Positions 1 to 9,794 of a stretch of 64,000 nt of DNA are shown here, piece after piece. The notes under the pieces are model-generated. The model was not told the DNA's origin. It saw nothing but the letters and a program-made list of their open reading frames with translations, and searched no databases. Position 1 is the stretch's first letter. Every line of letters starts with the position of its first letter. The position numbers and the translations under genes were made by a program. Origin of the DNA: a virus. Location: IMG/VR virus record IMGVR_UViG_3300030019_000008. One strand, given 5' to 3'.

Positions 1-2
1 CA

Positions 3-176
3 GTGAGCGATGAGAATGCCCAGGACTCGAACTTTGTCTATGTGCACCCTCATAACCTCGAGACGGTAATCGATCTGGACATCTATCAATATACCATTGT
101 GGCAAACGCTATCAGGGTGTATCTGAAGGATCGCGTCATTCTCTCTGATTTCGTCACAGTCTCCAGCGCGGCGTAA
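3..176 (+). CDS. C-terminal end of a virion structural protein (phiKZ gp27-like), partial
   Basis: Hand translation VSDENAQDSNFVYVHPHNLETVIDLDIYQY...VTVSSAA*, TAA at 174-176; lies upstream of the gp26-like/terminase block. Confidence 0.6.
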   Translation: MSDENAQDSNFVYVHPHNLETVIDLDIYQYTIVANAIRVYLKDRVILSDFVTVSSAA

Positions 177-188
177 TTGAAGACAAAC

Positions 189-214
189 GAGTCTGGGTAG
201 CAATACCCAGACTC
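189..214. terminator. Intergenic hairpin (11-bp stem, GCAA loop)
   Basis: gagtctgggta-gcaa-tacccagactc. Confidence 0.55.
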
Positions 215-242
215 ACTTCCGTAATTGAACAGGACATGAGAA

Positions 243-1922
243 ATGGCTGAATTCATTCCAGTGCCAGGAGTTAGTGGAGAGGATGGTATTGTTCCTCTCT
301 ACAATCCCAATGGCCGATGGACCCAGTGGGCTCTGAAAGAGATCTACATGGGTAAACAAGGCAGTAAGCGGTATGTGCCCAAAGTCAATGACTGGGTATT
401 CGATACTGACAACATGATCGCATACAAAGTCAAGTCGATCAATGCCACCACTTTCGTTTCCATTCTGGAACAGCTCAACCTCTCACTCTTCACGGGTGAA
501 GAAGATGAGATCGATCTGATCCTGGGTGTGTCGATGGGGACAGGGCGTGGTACCTATCGTGTATTCTGCGATAAGAGCACCATCCCCTACAACTTGTCTG
601 TGGATCGTCGTTATACGGTTCCGGGCACCGATGCCAAGTTCGTCAAGATCTTCCGGGGCACTGACCTGTCTGAAGTGAATGTGATCAGTGCAGTCTACGA
701 TGCATCGAACACGCTCATCAGCACGACTGTTCCTCTGGAGGTGGTAAAAGAGACAGGCAACATCTCGATCAAGGCTGTGCCTACCTGCTCCACCAAGGCT
801 GATCTGTCGGACAATGAGATCGTCTACGTGGTGGCCTACTCGGATGCTGGTCACGTGGTTCGAATGCAGGAGATGCTGGTCAAGAACACGGCATTCATCT
901 CGACCACGGATCGTTCTGTCAAGTACATCACCGGTATCTCCATGAAGAGCCCCTTCATGAGTACGTCTGATGATGACCTGATCAACTATCCGCTCAATGT
1001 GCCTCTGGTGAGTATGAACCTCATTGGCGTAGTCGCATACAGTGACGGCACCACAGCAGAGATTCCTGTGGACGGTACGAAGTTCGAAGCCTTTGGTTTC
1101 GATACCTTTGTATCGACTCAGGCAGGCGAACAGTTTGAAGTCACGCTCAAGTACAGTCTCTCGTCCGACGAGGTGTGCTATGAGGCTAACCGTGTAACGG
1201 ATGATAAGTTCATCACGCGTGTCTTCAAGGCTCAGGTGGTCAAGTGGAATGGTGCCTATACCTGCAAGCTCTACGGCTTCCCGTATTGGGATGCTACGAC
1301 GAATGCTTACAGGCTCGAGTGGTTCCTCTTCAACATGGAACGCTCGAAGGCTCAGCGTGTCACTCCGTTTGTGCGAGTGGAAGATACCAGCAACCCGTTC
1401 ATCCCCACTGCCTACGGTTCGATGCAAAACCTCGTGGTCTCTTTGAATCTGCGCGATGTCGACAATAGCTACACGGCTTACAAGCACGTGCAGACCGTCG
1501 GTATTGCTCTGTTCAAACCGCCAACCGAGTCTGGCACCAAGTGGACAGTGACGTTCGATCCGAATCAGAAGCCTGTGTTCGGTGAGAACAACGCCATGAC
1601 CTTCAAGTTCATCAATGAGAACCTGAAGAAACTGGATCTGTCCATGGGGATGAGTAGTAAGGATGAGTGGTTGACTCGTCTTTATACATATGCTCGTCCT
1701 CAGATCAACCTGCAAACTGAAGCAGTGGCACCGACTCCGAACTTCTTCGCCGTCATCATTGGTAGCAACAGAATCGAGTACTCCATCGATAACTGGAACT
1801 CCGTCATTGATGCTGGTGTGGATCTCTATAACGGGGCTTCTGTCTTCATCGAGTTCTTCAAACGTACGAGCACGAATGACTTGCACCTGGCTATCGCTGG
1901 CGTGCCGGCTATTCAGAACTGA
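243..1922 (+). CDS. Virion structural protein (phiKZ gp26-like, probably tail/baseplate)
   Basis: 559-aa beta-rich ORF just upstream of terminase, matching recalled phiKZ gene order. Confidence 0.65.
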   Translation: MAEFIPVPGVSGEDGIVPLYNPNGRWTQWALKEIYMGKQGSKRYVPKVNDWVFDTDNMIAYKVKSINATTFVSILEQLNLSLFTGEEDEIDLILGVSMGTGRGTYRVFCDKSTIPYNLSVDRRYTVPGTDAKFVKIFRGTDLSEVNVISAVYDASNTLISTTVPLEVVKETGNISIKAVPTCSTKADLSDNEIVYVVAYSDAGHVVRMQEMLVKNTAFISTTDRSVKYITGISMKSPFMSTSDDDLINYPLNVPLVSMNLIGVVAYSDGTTAEIPVDGTKFEAFGFDTFVSTQAGEQFEVTLKYSLSSDEVCYEANRVTDDKFITRVFKAQVVKWNGAYTCKLYGFPYWDATTNAYRLEWFLFNMERSKAQRVTPFVRVEDTSNPFIPTAYGSMQNLVVSLNLRDVDNSYTAYKHVQTVGIALFKPPTESGTKWTVTFDPNQKPVFGENNAMTFKFINENLKKLDLSMGMSSKDEWLTRLYTYARPQINLQTEAVAPTPNFFAVIIGSNRIEYSIDNWNSVIDAGVDLYNGASVFIEFFKRTSTNDLHLAIAGVPAIQN

Positions 1923-1936
1923 TCTACTTGCGTCAA

Positions 1937-1970
1937 AGCATCCATCCAATCCTTTGATTGGATGGATGCT
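1937..1970. terminator. Intergenic hairpin (15-bp perfect stem)
   Basis: agcatccatccaatc-cttt-gattggatggatgct. Confidence 0.6.
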
Positions 1971-1998
1971 GTATTATCCGCATTAAGGATATAACAAA

Positions 1999-2532
1999 AT
2001 GAAGAACTTTACCACACTGCTCAAAGTTGAGAAATTCAGTCTTGAAGTGATCCTCAGAACACAAAGCAAAACTCTGCCTGAAGGGTTCACTCTCACACAT
2101 GCTACAAGAGACATGGCTAATCACCTTGCTGAGTTCCGGAATAAAGGAGCCAAGGAGTTCAAGTCTGCTTCCTATGTCACAATTGAGAATGAGATTCGCA
2201 ACATCGAAAGCTTCACAGCTGAAGATGCGATCTACATTGTTCTGGAGCATAAAGGCAGCATTGTCGGTGCTGTCTGTGCTCAGATACAGAACGATCCAGT
2301 CACAGGCATGTCTGTTTACATCAGTAAGCTGCTGGTGCTGAAAGAATTCAATGGAAAAGGGTTTGCAACTGCCTTGATGACAGTTGCTGAAAAATGGGGT
2401 GCATCTAAAGGCATCATGGTAGTGATACTGTCCGTGTATGCTGATAACAAGACTGCGCTTCGTCTCTATGAACATTCAGGTTTTAAAGAGCTCGAGAAAG
2501 TCACCTATTACGATATGGTGAAGAGGCTCTGA
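1999..2532 (+). CDS. GNAT-family N-acetyltransferase
   Basis: Acetyl-CoA motif A VLKEFNGKGFATALM; motif B LSVYADNKTALRLYEHSGF; AAGGA RBS. Confidence 0.9.
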   Translation: MKNFTTLLKVEKFSLEVILRTQSKTLPEGFTLTHATRDMANHLAEFRNKGAKEFKSASYVTIENEIRNIESFTAEDAIYIVLEHKGSIVGAVCAQIQNDPVTGMSVYISKLLVLKEFNGKGFATALMTVAEKWGASKGIMVVILSVYADNKTALRLYEHSGFKELEKVTYYDMVKRL

Positions 2533-2548
2533 TCAAGGGAAGATTATC

Positions 2549-4684
2549 ATGGCGATCCTGTTCGGTTCTGACTGGACTAAGCACTCCTTCGCAATTGCTG
2601 ATACACAAACAAAGAACCAGTCCTTTGTCAGGCTGGCATCTGTGTATCGATTGATGGGAATTAAGAATCACGCATTTATCCTAGCGCTTCACAACCCAAA
2701 CCTTCAGGGTGTCGACCCATTCGATCCAGATCTGACTGCTGAACAGATGGCGATGATCGCTCTGGAAGCAAAAGAAAATCCGTGGTACTGCTTGAGAGAA
2801 CTTTTACGCGCTGCTCCTTTGTCGGGAGCAGACGGCGTTCCTGTTGTGGCTAACCGAGGCATCATTGCGCTCTGGTGGAGTTTCTTTGTCCACGCACAGA
2901 TCATTCTTATCCAGCCTCGTCAGACGGGGAAGAGCTTTGGTGCTGATGGATTGATGGCTGTCCTTTTGAACATCATGGGTGTGAAGACTCACATCAACTT
3001 GATGACGAAGGATGACAACCTCAGACGTAAGAACATCCAGCGTATCAAGGACATCATTGCTGAGTTGCCTAGTTATCTCATTACGATGACAAAGGCAGAT
3101 GCGAACAATGGTGAAGAAATCACTGTTGATCAGCTCGGCAACACATTCAGTACTCACGTTCCTCAAGCATCCAAGAAACGCGCACTGAACATGGGTCGTG
3201 GTCTCACATCCCCCATCTTCTTGATCGACGAAGGCCCATTCCAAGTAAACCTGGAAACAGCACTTCCTGCTGCTCTGGCATCTACAGGTGCAGCTATGGA
3301 ACGGGCACGGGAACTCGATGCTCCACATGGCGTGATCTTCACAACCACGGCCGGTAAGCGAGATGACCCTGATGGCAGGTATTTCTACAAGCTGTTGATG
3401 GAATCGGCAGTCTGGACTGAAAAGTTCTTTGACATTGAGAACATCGAAAAGCTCAGAGAAACTATCTGCGCCATGACCAAGCGTGGAGACTACCGAATAG
3501 CTGCTGTATTCAACCACCGCATGCTCGGTAAGAGTGACGACTGGCTGCGCCAGCGCATTCGTGAAGCATTGTCTGAAGGTGAGGATGCTGAGCGCGACTA
3601 CCTTAATAGGTGGACGTCAGGTAATGAATCGCATCCGCTTTCTCAAGAAGTCCTCGATCGCATTAATAAGAGTATTGAGGAAGTAGTCTTCACTCAGTTC
3701 TTCGACAAGTACCCGTACGTTGTGAGATGGTACAAAGAAGAGCATGAAGTCATGCGTAAGCTCAATGAAGGCACAGTGTTGGTAGGCATTGACACCTCCG
3801 ATGCTGGAGGCGGGGATGATATCGGACTGGTCTTTACAGATGCTTCTACAGGCGGTACTTTGGGAGGTGCTACGATCAATGAGACGAACCTCATCAAGGT
3901 GGCTCAGTGGTTTGTGCATCTGTTGGAGACTTACCCACGGCTCTTCATGATCCCTGAGCGTCGCTCAAGTGCCATCACCATCATCGACTATCTGCTGCTC
4001 TTCTTGCCTGAGAAGGGGATTGATCCTTTCAAGAGGATCTATAACCGTCTCGTGCATGAGTCTGAAGAGAGGCATGAGCAGTTCCTCGAGATCAGTCGCC
4101 CCATGAATAGGCGTGATGTTAACGTCTATGTCAGGTACAAGAAGGAGTTTGGTTTCGCCACCAGTAGTTCTGGTATCAATGCACGCAGTGAGCTCTATGG
4201 TAAGTGCCTGCGTATGGCTACTAACCGTTGTGGTGCGTTGGTCAAGGATCGTGTGCTGATTGGTCAGGTCAATACCCTCACCATGAAGAATGGCCGTGTT
4301 GACCACGAGGATGGCGCTCACGACGATATGATCATCGGGTGGCTACTCACCCACTGGTTCATGACATCGGCCCGTGGCATGGCGTATTACGACATTGACT
4401 CTCGTATCTTCTATAGCTCTTTGGTCATCACCCAGGATATGGATTATGGTGAGAGAAACAAAGCTATGGAACAGATTCACATTCGTCGGCGCATTGAAGA
4501 AATATACGACGAACTAATCAATACGAGCGACGAAGTGATTGTCATGAAACTGGAACACGAACTCATGCTTCTTGACAGGCGTATTGTCCTGAGGAATGAC
4601 GATGTCTATTCAATCGACGATATCTTGAGACAGACCAGAGAAGCCCGCAAGAATTCCAAGTTCAGGCGACGTCTGCAAAGATAG
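2549..4684 (+). CDS. terL: Terminase large subunit (phiKZ gp25-like)
   Basis: Walker A QPRQTGKS, Walker B FLIDE, coupling motif FTTTAG, nuclease VGIDTS and GAHDDMIIGWLL. Confidence 0.93.
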   Translation: MAILFGSDWTKHSFAIADTQTKNQSFVRLASVYRLMGIKNHAFILALHNPNLQGVDPFDPDLTAEQMAMIALEAKENPWYCLRELLRAAPLSGADGVPVVANRGIIALWWSFFVHAQIILIQPRQTGKSFGADGLMAVLLNIMGVKTHINLMTKDDNLRRKNIQRIKDIIAELPSYLITMTKADANNGEEITVDQLGNTFSTHVPQASKKRALNMGRGLTSPIFLIDEGPFQVNLETALPAALASTGAAMERARELDAPHGVIFTTTAGKRDDPDGRYFYKLLMESAVWTEKFFDIENIEKLRETICAMTKRGDYRIAAVFNHRMLGKSDDWLRQRIREALSEGEDAERDYLNRWTSGNESHPLSQEVLDRINKSIEEVVFTQFFDKYPYVVRWYKEEHEVMRKLNEGTVLVGIDTSDAGGGDDIGLVFTDASTGGTLGGATINETNLIKVAQWFVHLLETYPRLFMIPERRSSAITIIDYLLLFLPEKGIDPFKRIYNRLVHESEERHEQFLEISRPMNRRDVNVYVRYKKEFGFATSSSGINARSELYGKCLRMATNRCGALVKDRVLIGQVNTLTMKNGRVDHEDGAHDDMIIGWLLTHWFMTSARGMAYYDIDSRIFYSSLVITQDMDYGERNKAMEQIHIRRRIEEIYDELINTSDEVIVMKLEHELMLLDRRIVLRNDDVYSIDDILRQTREARKNSKFRRRLQR

Positions 4685-4701
4685 ATGAAAGGAGTGATGC
4701 A

Positions 4702-5355
4702 ATGGCAGGCTTGAGGGTTAAGATTCACAAACTGCCTCTTGACCAGACGTTCTGTGTATTTGAGCCTCAACAGAATGATTCGATTGTTACCCTGGGTTTT
4801 CGGAATCGATCTGAGAGGAGAACGGAGGTGCGCTATCAAGTAGCACCTGCCAATCTTCGGCACATAATCGATGAAGATTCCGAAACTCTCATGGTCTATG
4901 CATTCGATGAGAGAAAGAAGGAGAACATAAACGTTCCCAAAGGCTTCAAATTGCTCGTTAAAACGATTATCCGAGAGATGGAGGCGTACGCCTACCTCGG
5001 ACAGTTTACAGCGCAGCCAGGGACCTTTAATCTCTTGCAAGACACTGTTCAAGATGTAGTGGTTTCATTTCCTGGTTACAAAGCAAAGAGCTACACAGTT
5101 CGCACTGAAGTAATGGGTGATGGAATAAGTGTGGAGCCCTCGACACAAGCTATTGATGGCGCTGCACCCATTCATTTCACTGTGAGTAGAAAGAAAGGCT
5201 CATCTCCTGCTGGCTCCATCAGATTTTACATTGATGAACTCAAGTTGCGAACGACGATTGATTTCAGTTGTATTCAATATGACGTAATCAATGGCCAGGA
5301 GATCAGTTTGCTCAGTGCTTACACCTATGCTCGAAACATTGCTTCTGGTGAATAA
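4702..5355 (+). CDS. Hypothetical protein
   Basis: 217-aa ORF with AAGGAG RBS directly after terminase. Confidence 0.75.
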   Translation: MAGLRVKIHKLPLDQTFCVFEPQQNDSIVTLGFRNRSERRTEVRYQVAPANLRHIIDEDSETLMVYAFDERKKENINVPKGFKLLVKTIIREMEAYAYLGQFTAQPGTFNLLQDTVQDVVVSFPGYKAKSYTVRTEVMGDGISVEPSTQAIDGAAPIHFTVSRKKGSSPAGSIRFYIDELKLRTTIDFSCIQYDVINGQEISLLSAYTYARNIASGE

Positions 5356-5372
5356 GAGCAAAAAAAAATAGA

Positions 5373-5405
5373 CATACCAGAGAGGGGATTCCCCTCTCTG
5401 GTATG
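5373..5405. terminator. Terminator hairpin between convergent genes
   Basis: cataccagagagggg-att-cccctctctggtatg; A-run at 5360-5368 gives a U-tail on the - strand. Confidence 0.8.
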
Positions 5406-5425
5406 CTACGCATAATTGAACTGGG

Positions 5426-5884
5426 TTACTTCTTGACTACCCAAGCACGCTTCTTAACGTCAAAGGCATGAGTGTTCGTCACGCCCTTATCTACCCATTC
5501 AATACTCATGGCATCCTTGGCGGTGTAGCCTGCCCTGGTATAGGCAATCTCCACGCTAGGACCATGTACCACCTTGCGAGTACCGTTCTTCCAGTAGACG
5601 GTATAGAAGTCATCGTCGTCCACTTCGGTGAGAACAGACTCGGGAGTACTGATGATGTTCCTGTATTCATCTCCCATGAAGAAGAGATGATCCAGGAGAG
5701 CGATCATTTGCTTGCTGGCAAGAAGCACATCAAGATCAGCATCAGATCTTGCTTTATCCGGCAGGGAAAAGAGCCTGCGCTTGATTTCAGCGTAGTCCCT
5801 TTTGAACTTATCAACTTTGTAAGCATTACGTACCACTGCCGCATTGAGAGCGCGGATTGTATCCTCGTTCAAATCGATGATCAT
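5426..5884 (-). CDS. Hypothetical protein
   Basis: ORF track 5426-5896; start moved to MIIDL, which follows GGAG. Confidence 0.7.
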   Translation of the reverse strand: MIIDLNEDTIRALNAAVVRNAYKVDKFKRDYAEIKRRLFSLPDKARSDADLDVLLASKQMIALLDHLFFMGDEYRNIISTPESVLTEVDDDDFYTVYWKNGTRKVVHGPSVEIAYTRAGYTAKDAMSIEWVDKGVTNTHAFDVKKRAWVVKK

Positions 5885-5963
5885 GATGATCTCCACATTC
5901 GTTAGGTCTGGTGTCTCTATCCTCCTTGTTCACGTTGAGACATACTAGTTGACCGAAGGGGTT

Positions 5964-6281
5964 TCACTGCAAAATTCTGAAATGCTCGCTAATCGAGACC
6001 GTCTCCTCTTTGGGTACGGTAATCTCGCTGCGCTTGTCAAAGAACGGATTGTAGACAATCATCTTGTCCGGCTCTCGGGTCAGTGGCGACGCATTAACCC
6101 TGAGCGTGACTTCAGTCTTGTCATTCAATCTTGCCTTGAGGTAGGTTTTGTGCACCTCAATGGATGTGACTGCTGAGTAAAGTTTTTTGGTTGAGAGAAA
6201 TGCCATCAAAGAGCTGGCAAATCTGGCTCTGTCGATACGGCTTTTGATCCACAGTTCTGGAAACCTGAATCGCACACTCAT
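5964..6281 (-). CDS. Hypothetical protein
   Basis: 105-aa ORF, co-oriented with neighbours. Confidence 0.55.
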   Translation of the reverse strand: MSVRFRFPELWIKSRIDRARFASSLMAFLSTKKLYSAVTSIEVHKTYLKARLNDKTEVTLRVNASPLTREPDKMIVYNPFFDKRSEITVPKEETVSISEHFRILQ

Positions 6282-6518
6282 GATGCATTTTCCTATATAC
6301 CGGCATAACCTCCACAGGCATTTCTACCTGTGGAGGAGTGCCAACAAAAGACGACGGTTGAATGTGGAGATCATCAAAGATAATCTCTCGGTTCTTCCAA
6401 TTTTGTCGAGGTCAATTCTTTCAAGCAGTCAGATCCGTATCTGGAGAGGTAGGTGGGGAATCTCTCTTGAATGATTTCTCTCATACTATACAGCAAATTT
6501 TTGACTCGTCTCATAATT

Positions 6519-6535
6519 GTAATATGTGACTGATC
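6519..6535 (-). promoter_or_regulatory. Putative early (vRNAP) promoter motif
   Basis: - strand gatcagtcacatattac; resembles the phiKZ early consensus TATATTAC. Confidence 0.55.
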
Positions 6536-6551
6536 AAAACCACATCACAGC

Positions 6552-7778
6552 TTACCCGTAATGGCTCTTGGTATATGTGCGAGCCACCACATAGAGCATC
6601 AGACCCGTACGCACAGACGCGATAGTGTTCTTGTTCTTGTTACCCGTGGCCATGGTAACAATCGTCTCAGCCTGACTACGAATAGCAAACAACACTTCTT
6701 CTGTGGAACGGGAAGATGTGTAGACGCCCTTGATCTGAGAGAGCAATCCAGGGAGCTTGACAGAGTTGCGAACCAGAGACACATGGTCAGACAGATATGC
6801 AAAACTGTGCGTGAGCGTCTCGTCGACAAATGCAGTCACAAGCTGCGAGTTCTTCTGCTTGGAGTACTCCTCACTCACCCAGATCAAAGTCTCTCTGAAG
6901 AGCTTAGGAGGCATGGTATGAACGATGTTCTCGATCGTTGCTACCAACTCATCCTTGACAAAAGAAGCCTGATCCCCCAGAACAGAGAAGATGTACTGCT
7001 TGTAGTTGGCCAGGCCCTTGACACGATCCTTGAGCACAGAGCTGCCATCGAACTCCACTAAGTCAGACGAAGATGTGATCTTCACGCCGCTTCTGTGAAC
7101 ATCTCGGAATACCGTATAGATGTTCTTGACCATGTCACGGATACGACCCTGGGAATCATTGACCACACCCACGAGTTCCTTGTCATCATTCATCTTGGAA
7201 ATGACGGAGAACTTCTTACCTTCCCGACTGGTGATGTCACAAGCACGGTTGTAGAGCACGTTATACCAAGTGCCATACTGTTTGATGGCGAACTTGTTGG
7301 ACAAGGATACATAGGTAGCCTCAGCCACACTCTCTTCAGCAGGATAGATGAAGTGCCTAACAATACGACTGGTGATGTACCGGTAGTTGAGCACGAGCAT
7401 CACATCAATCATGCCGGCGTCTTTTTGCTTGTCAGAGAGCTTGTGTGAATTCCAGATGGCGTGTGCCAACCAAAAACACGAGAGGTTGAATGCATCGCTG
7501 GAGACGTTGTACTCGGGATTGATACCCGGCACTTCATCAATACGTTCTTTGAGCTCAACCTCATCTGCCTGAAGGATCTCATCGAACCAACGATTGTTGT
7601 CAGTGGGAGTGAAGCGCACGCGCTGTACTCCCAGCACATGCCCGCCGAAGAATGATGCGTGTTCTTCATTCTTACTTACGAAGCCTACCTGATAAGCGTT
7701 CAGGCGCTTCAGAAAGTTCTGATTGATATCCAAATCAGAACAGACGTCATCAAAAACGTCCCTAACTAGTTTATCCAT
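6552..7778 (-). CDS. Conserved jumbo-phage protein of unknown function
   Basis: 408-aa ORF; N-terminus (HASFFGGHVLGVQRVRF...WFDEIL) resembles a protein recalled from phiKZ-like phages. Confidence 0.65.
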   Translation of the reverse strand: MDKLVRDVFDDVCSDLDINQNFLKRLNAYQVGFVSKNEEHASFFGGHVLGVQRVRFTPTDNNRWFDEILQADEVELKERIDEVPGINPEYNVSSDAFNLSCFWLAHAIWNSHKLSDKQKDAGMIDVMLVLNYRYITSRIVRHFIYPAEESVAEATYVSLSNKFAIKQYGTWYNVLYNRACDITSREGKKFSVISKMNDDKELVGVVNDSQGRIRDMVKNIYTVFRDVHRSGVKITSSSDLVEFDGSSVLKDRVKGLANYKQYIFSVLGDQASFVKDELVATIENIVHTMPPKLFRETLIWVSEEYSKQKNSQLVTAFVDETLTHSFAYLSDHVSLVRNSVKLPGLLSQIKGVYTSSRSTEEVLFAIRSQAETIVTMATGNKNKNTIASVRTGLMLYVVARTYTKSHYG

Positions 7779-7817
7779 GGTAGTGTCCAGAAAAAAAAAG
7801 AGTATCTCAAACTATAG

Positions 7818-7852
7818 CACCAGCTCCCTGACCGAAGTCGAGGGAGCTGGTG
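7818..7852 (-). terminator. Hairpin downstream of 7874-8362
   Basis: caccagctccct...agggagctggtg, with an A-run at ~7791-7799. Confidence 0.6.
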
Positions 7853-7873
7853 TTTCTAGCCGGAGACGAGGTA

Positions 7874-8362
7874 TTACTTGCCGAAGCGTTCGCGCGCGGC
7901 GGTCGACAGGGCGGTCTTGACGGCGACGATGTTCGCGGCCTTCGAGCTGGTGCCCGAGATGACGACCTTGCCGGTCAGCACACCGAAGCGTTCGACTTGT
8001 TCATTGCCGTTCGGAACCATGGCGCTGCGGCGATAGCCGAATTCGACGTGGTCACGACCGCCGACCGAGATGGTCGTGTCGACTTGCTTGAGGTCCTTGT
8101 TGGCGACGAAGGCGTTGTTGCCAACAAGGCCGGTGGCGTAGCCGGCAGCGGCGTAGAACTTGGAGAAGGCATCGCGGCGGGCAGCTTCGGACTCTTCGGT
8201 GATGCCGAAGGGTGCGACGAATTCATAGAACGGCTTGGCGTCGAGCTTCAGCTCAGCGGTCGTGGCACCGGCGGGGATTTCGAGCTTGGCCAGAGCAGTC
8301 TGGATTGTTTCGGCGTTCTTGATGATTTCGGCGTCGAGGGGTTTGGTTTCTTTTTCAGCCAT
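7874..8362 (-). CDS. Hypothetical protein with high-GC codon usage (probably highly expressed)
   Basis: 162-aa Ala-rich ORF; AAGGAA RBS; line 7921-7980 is 40/60 G+C. Confidence 0.8.
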   Translation of the reverse strand: MAEKETKPLDAEIIKNAETIQTALAKLEIPAGATTAELKLDAKPFYEFVAPFGITEESEAARRDAFSKFYAAAGYATGLVGNNAFVANKDLKQVDTTISVGGRDHVEFGYRRSAMVPNGNEQVERFGVLTGKVVISGTSSKAANIVAVKTALSTAARERFGK

Positions 8363-8463
8363 GGCTGAGTTTCCTTTCGTTACATGTAGGTATGTGTGTG
8401 AAAATGGGTACTGCTACTCTGCATGGGATACTGGGTAGCAGTTATTTTTTACTGCAAAGCTTG

Positions 8464-8877
8464 TCAATCTTCGTCGGGAGAACTTGTGCAGTGACCGGTT
8501 TGACTGGACACATCGAGACTCTCGCAGAGACTCGTCTGAATCAGGAAACGAGCCATGCGAAAGAGACTCTTGTGATGATCGTGACGAGCGGTCATGAGGA
8601 GACGTTCATCACCGCGCTTGATACGCAAGGCCAGGCTGATCCCAACGTATTCCTTGGGAGAACCCGCCGTGAAGCCACGCAGGACGTACTGGTTGCCGTT
8701 CTTGGACTTCAGGATGTGGACATTATTACCCTGTCGCCAAAGCATGAACTGAGCACGTGTACGGACGACCTCAACGAGTTCGTCAATCATGGGAATCAAG
8801 CACTGGGCATGATCCTCACAATTTTCATACGTGCCTTCCAGGCCCTTGGACGTGGTCCTCAAAAGTTCTTCTTTCAT
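8464..8877 (-). CDS. Hypothetical protein
   Basis: 137-aa ORF with GAGG RBS, downstream of an early-promoter-like motif. Confidence 0.7.
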   Translation of the reverse strand: MKEELLRTTSKGLEGTYENCEDHAQCLIPMIDELVEVVRTRAQFMLWRQGNNVHILKSKNGNQYVLRGFTAGSPKEYVGISLALRIKRGDERLLMTARHDHHKSLFRMARFLIQTSLCESLDVSSQTGHCTSSPDED

Positions 8878-8991
8878 TTTACTACCTCTCTGTCTGGTCC
8901 TAATAACCTAGACTGTTAATGACGCGAAGTTACATGCTCGATTGCATGGCTTCAACAAGAATGAGTTATGCGCTTAACACAACTCAAATAA

Positions 8992-9020
8992 GTAATGTAG
9001 GTTTGAGATTTCTTTGAGCA
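8992..9020 (-). promoter_or_regulatory. Putative early promoter motif
   Basis: - strand tgctcaaagaaatctcaaacctacattac. Confidence 0.65.
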
Positions 9021-9027
9021 CAGCATA

Positions 9028-9063
9028 TATCCTACCTAATGCAGGAATGCATTAGGTAGGATA
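9028..9063. terminator. Hairpin (16-bp perfect stem)
   Basis: tatcctacctaatgca-ggaa-tgcattaggtaggata. Confidence 0.65.
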
Positions 9064-9065
9064 GG

Positions 9066-9242
9066 TTACTTCTTCTTGGATTTCTTTTTGCTGTGCTTGT
9101 GGGACAGTTCTTCATCCCGGCGCTTATCAGCTTCAAGGAACTCACGAGCGGTCTTTTGGTCAATGCCGACTTTGTCAGCAAATTCCTTATTGTGAGCAGC
9201 CGCTTCCATGAGCCGGTGTTGCTTCTCCGACTTTGATGGCAT
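9066..9242 (-). CDS. Small basic phage protein, 58 aa (absent from ORF track)
   Basis: Hand translation MPSKSEKQHRLMEAAAHNKEFADKVGIDQKTAREFLEADKRRDEELSHKHSKKKSKKK*; AGGAG RBS. Confidence 0.8.
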   Translation of the reverse strand: MPSKSEKQHRLMEAAAHNKEFADKVGIDQKTAREFLEADKRRDEELSHKHSKKKSKKK

Positions 9243-9264
9243 TACACTCTCCTGAATCAGTGTC

Positions 9265-9783
9265 TCACTGAACGCCCAAGGCAGTCAGTGACGAGGGTGG
9301 AAAATAGATCCTCTCATACGATCCGTCTTCTCGCACCTTGTAGATCCAACAAAGAACTGCATCCGGAGGAACCAACTTGAAGATGCTCTGGGCTGGGATA
9401 GACCGATCAGACACATCTCCTGCATAATGCACCGCCTTGCTTTCCTCAGGAGTATCGCCCATGAGTGCATAGTAGAGCAAATTGCAGTTTCTCTTGGGGA
9501 GTTCCGGATCAGGTTGAAGCACTCGATGGGATGCGAGATATCGCCGCAAGATAGTGTTTTGAATCTTCTCCACTTCAGCAGCGCATTGCTCTTTGGGCTT
9601 TTCCTCAGCCTTTTTCAAAAGAGCATTCGCAATAGGCATCTGCCGATCAGTTTTGAGAAACTCCTGAAACGACATATCGAAGCGGGCCATAGCCCACCCT
9701 GACTCGATCATGCCCTCGAGCTTGATCAGTACGCCCATCGTGTCAGCGACTGTCGCGATGAATTCATCCAGTGTGTATTCCAT
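9265..9783 (-). CDS. Hypothetical protein
   Basis: ORF track 9265-9825; start moved to MEYTLDEF, which follows GGAG. Confidence 0.7.
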   Translation of the reverse strand: MEYTLDEFIATVADTMGVLIKLEGMIESGWAMARFDMSFQEFLKTDRQMPIANALLKKAEEKPKEQCAAEVEKIQNTILRRYLASHRVLQPDPELPKRNCNLLYYALMGDTPEESKAVHYAGDVSDRSIPAQSIFKLVPPDAVLCWIYKVREDGSYERIYFPPSSLTALGVQ

Positions 9784-9794
9784 CACAGTCTCCA

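Noticed and set aside
483-1949. Long antisense ORFs (also 37167-38144, 39816-41597, 44764-45798, 61806-62753)
   Set aside because: They are shadows of well-supported genes on the opposite strand, show no recognisable motifs and are explained by codon bias
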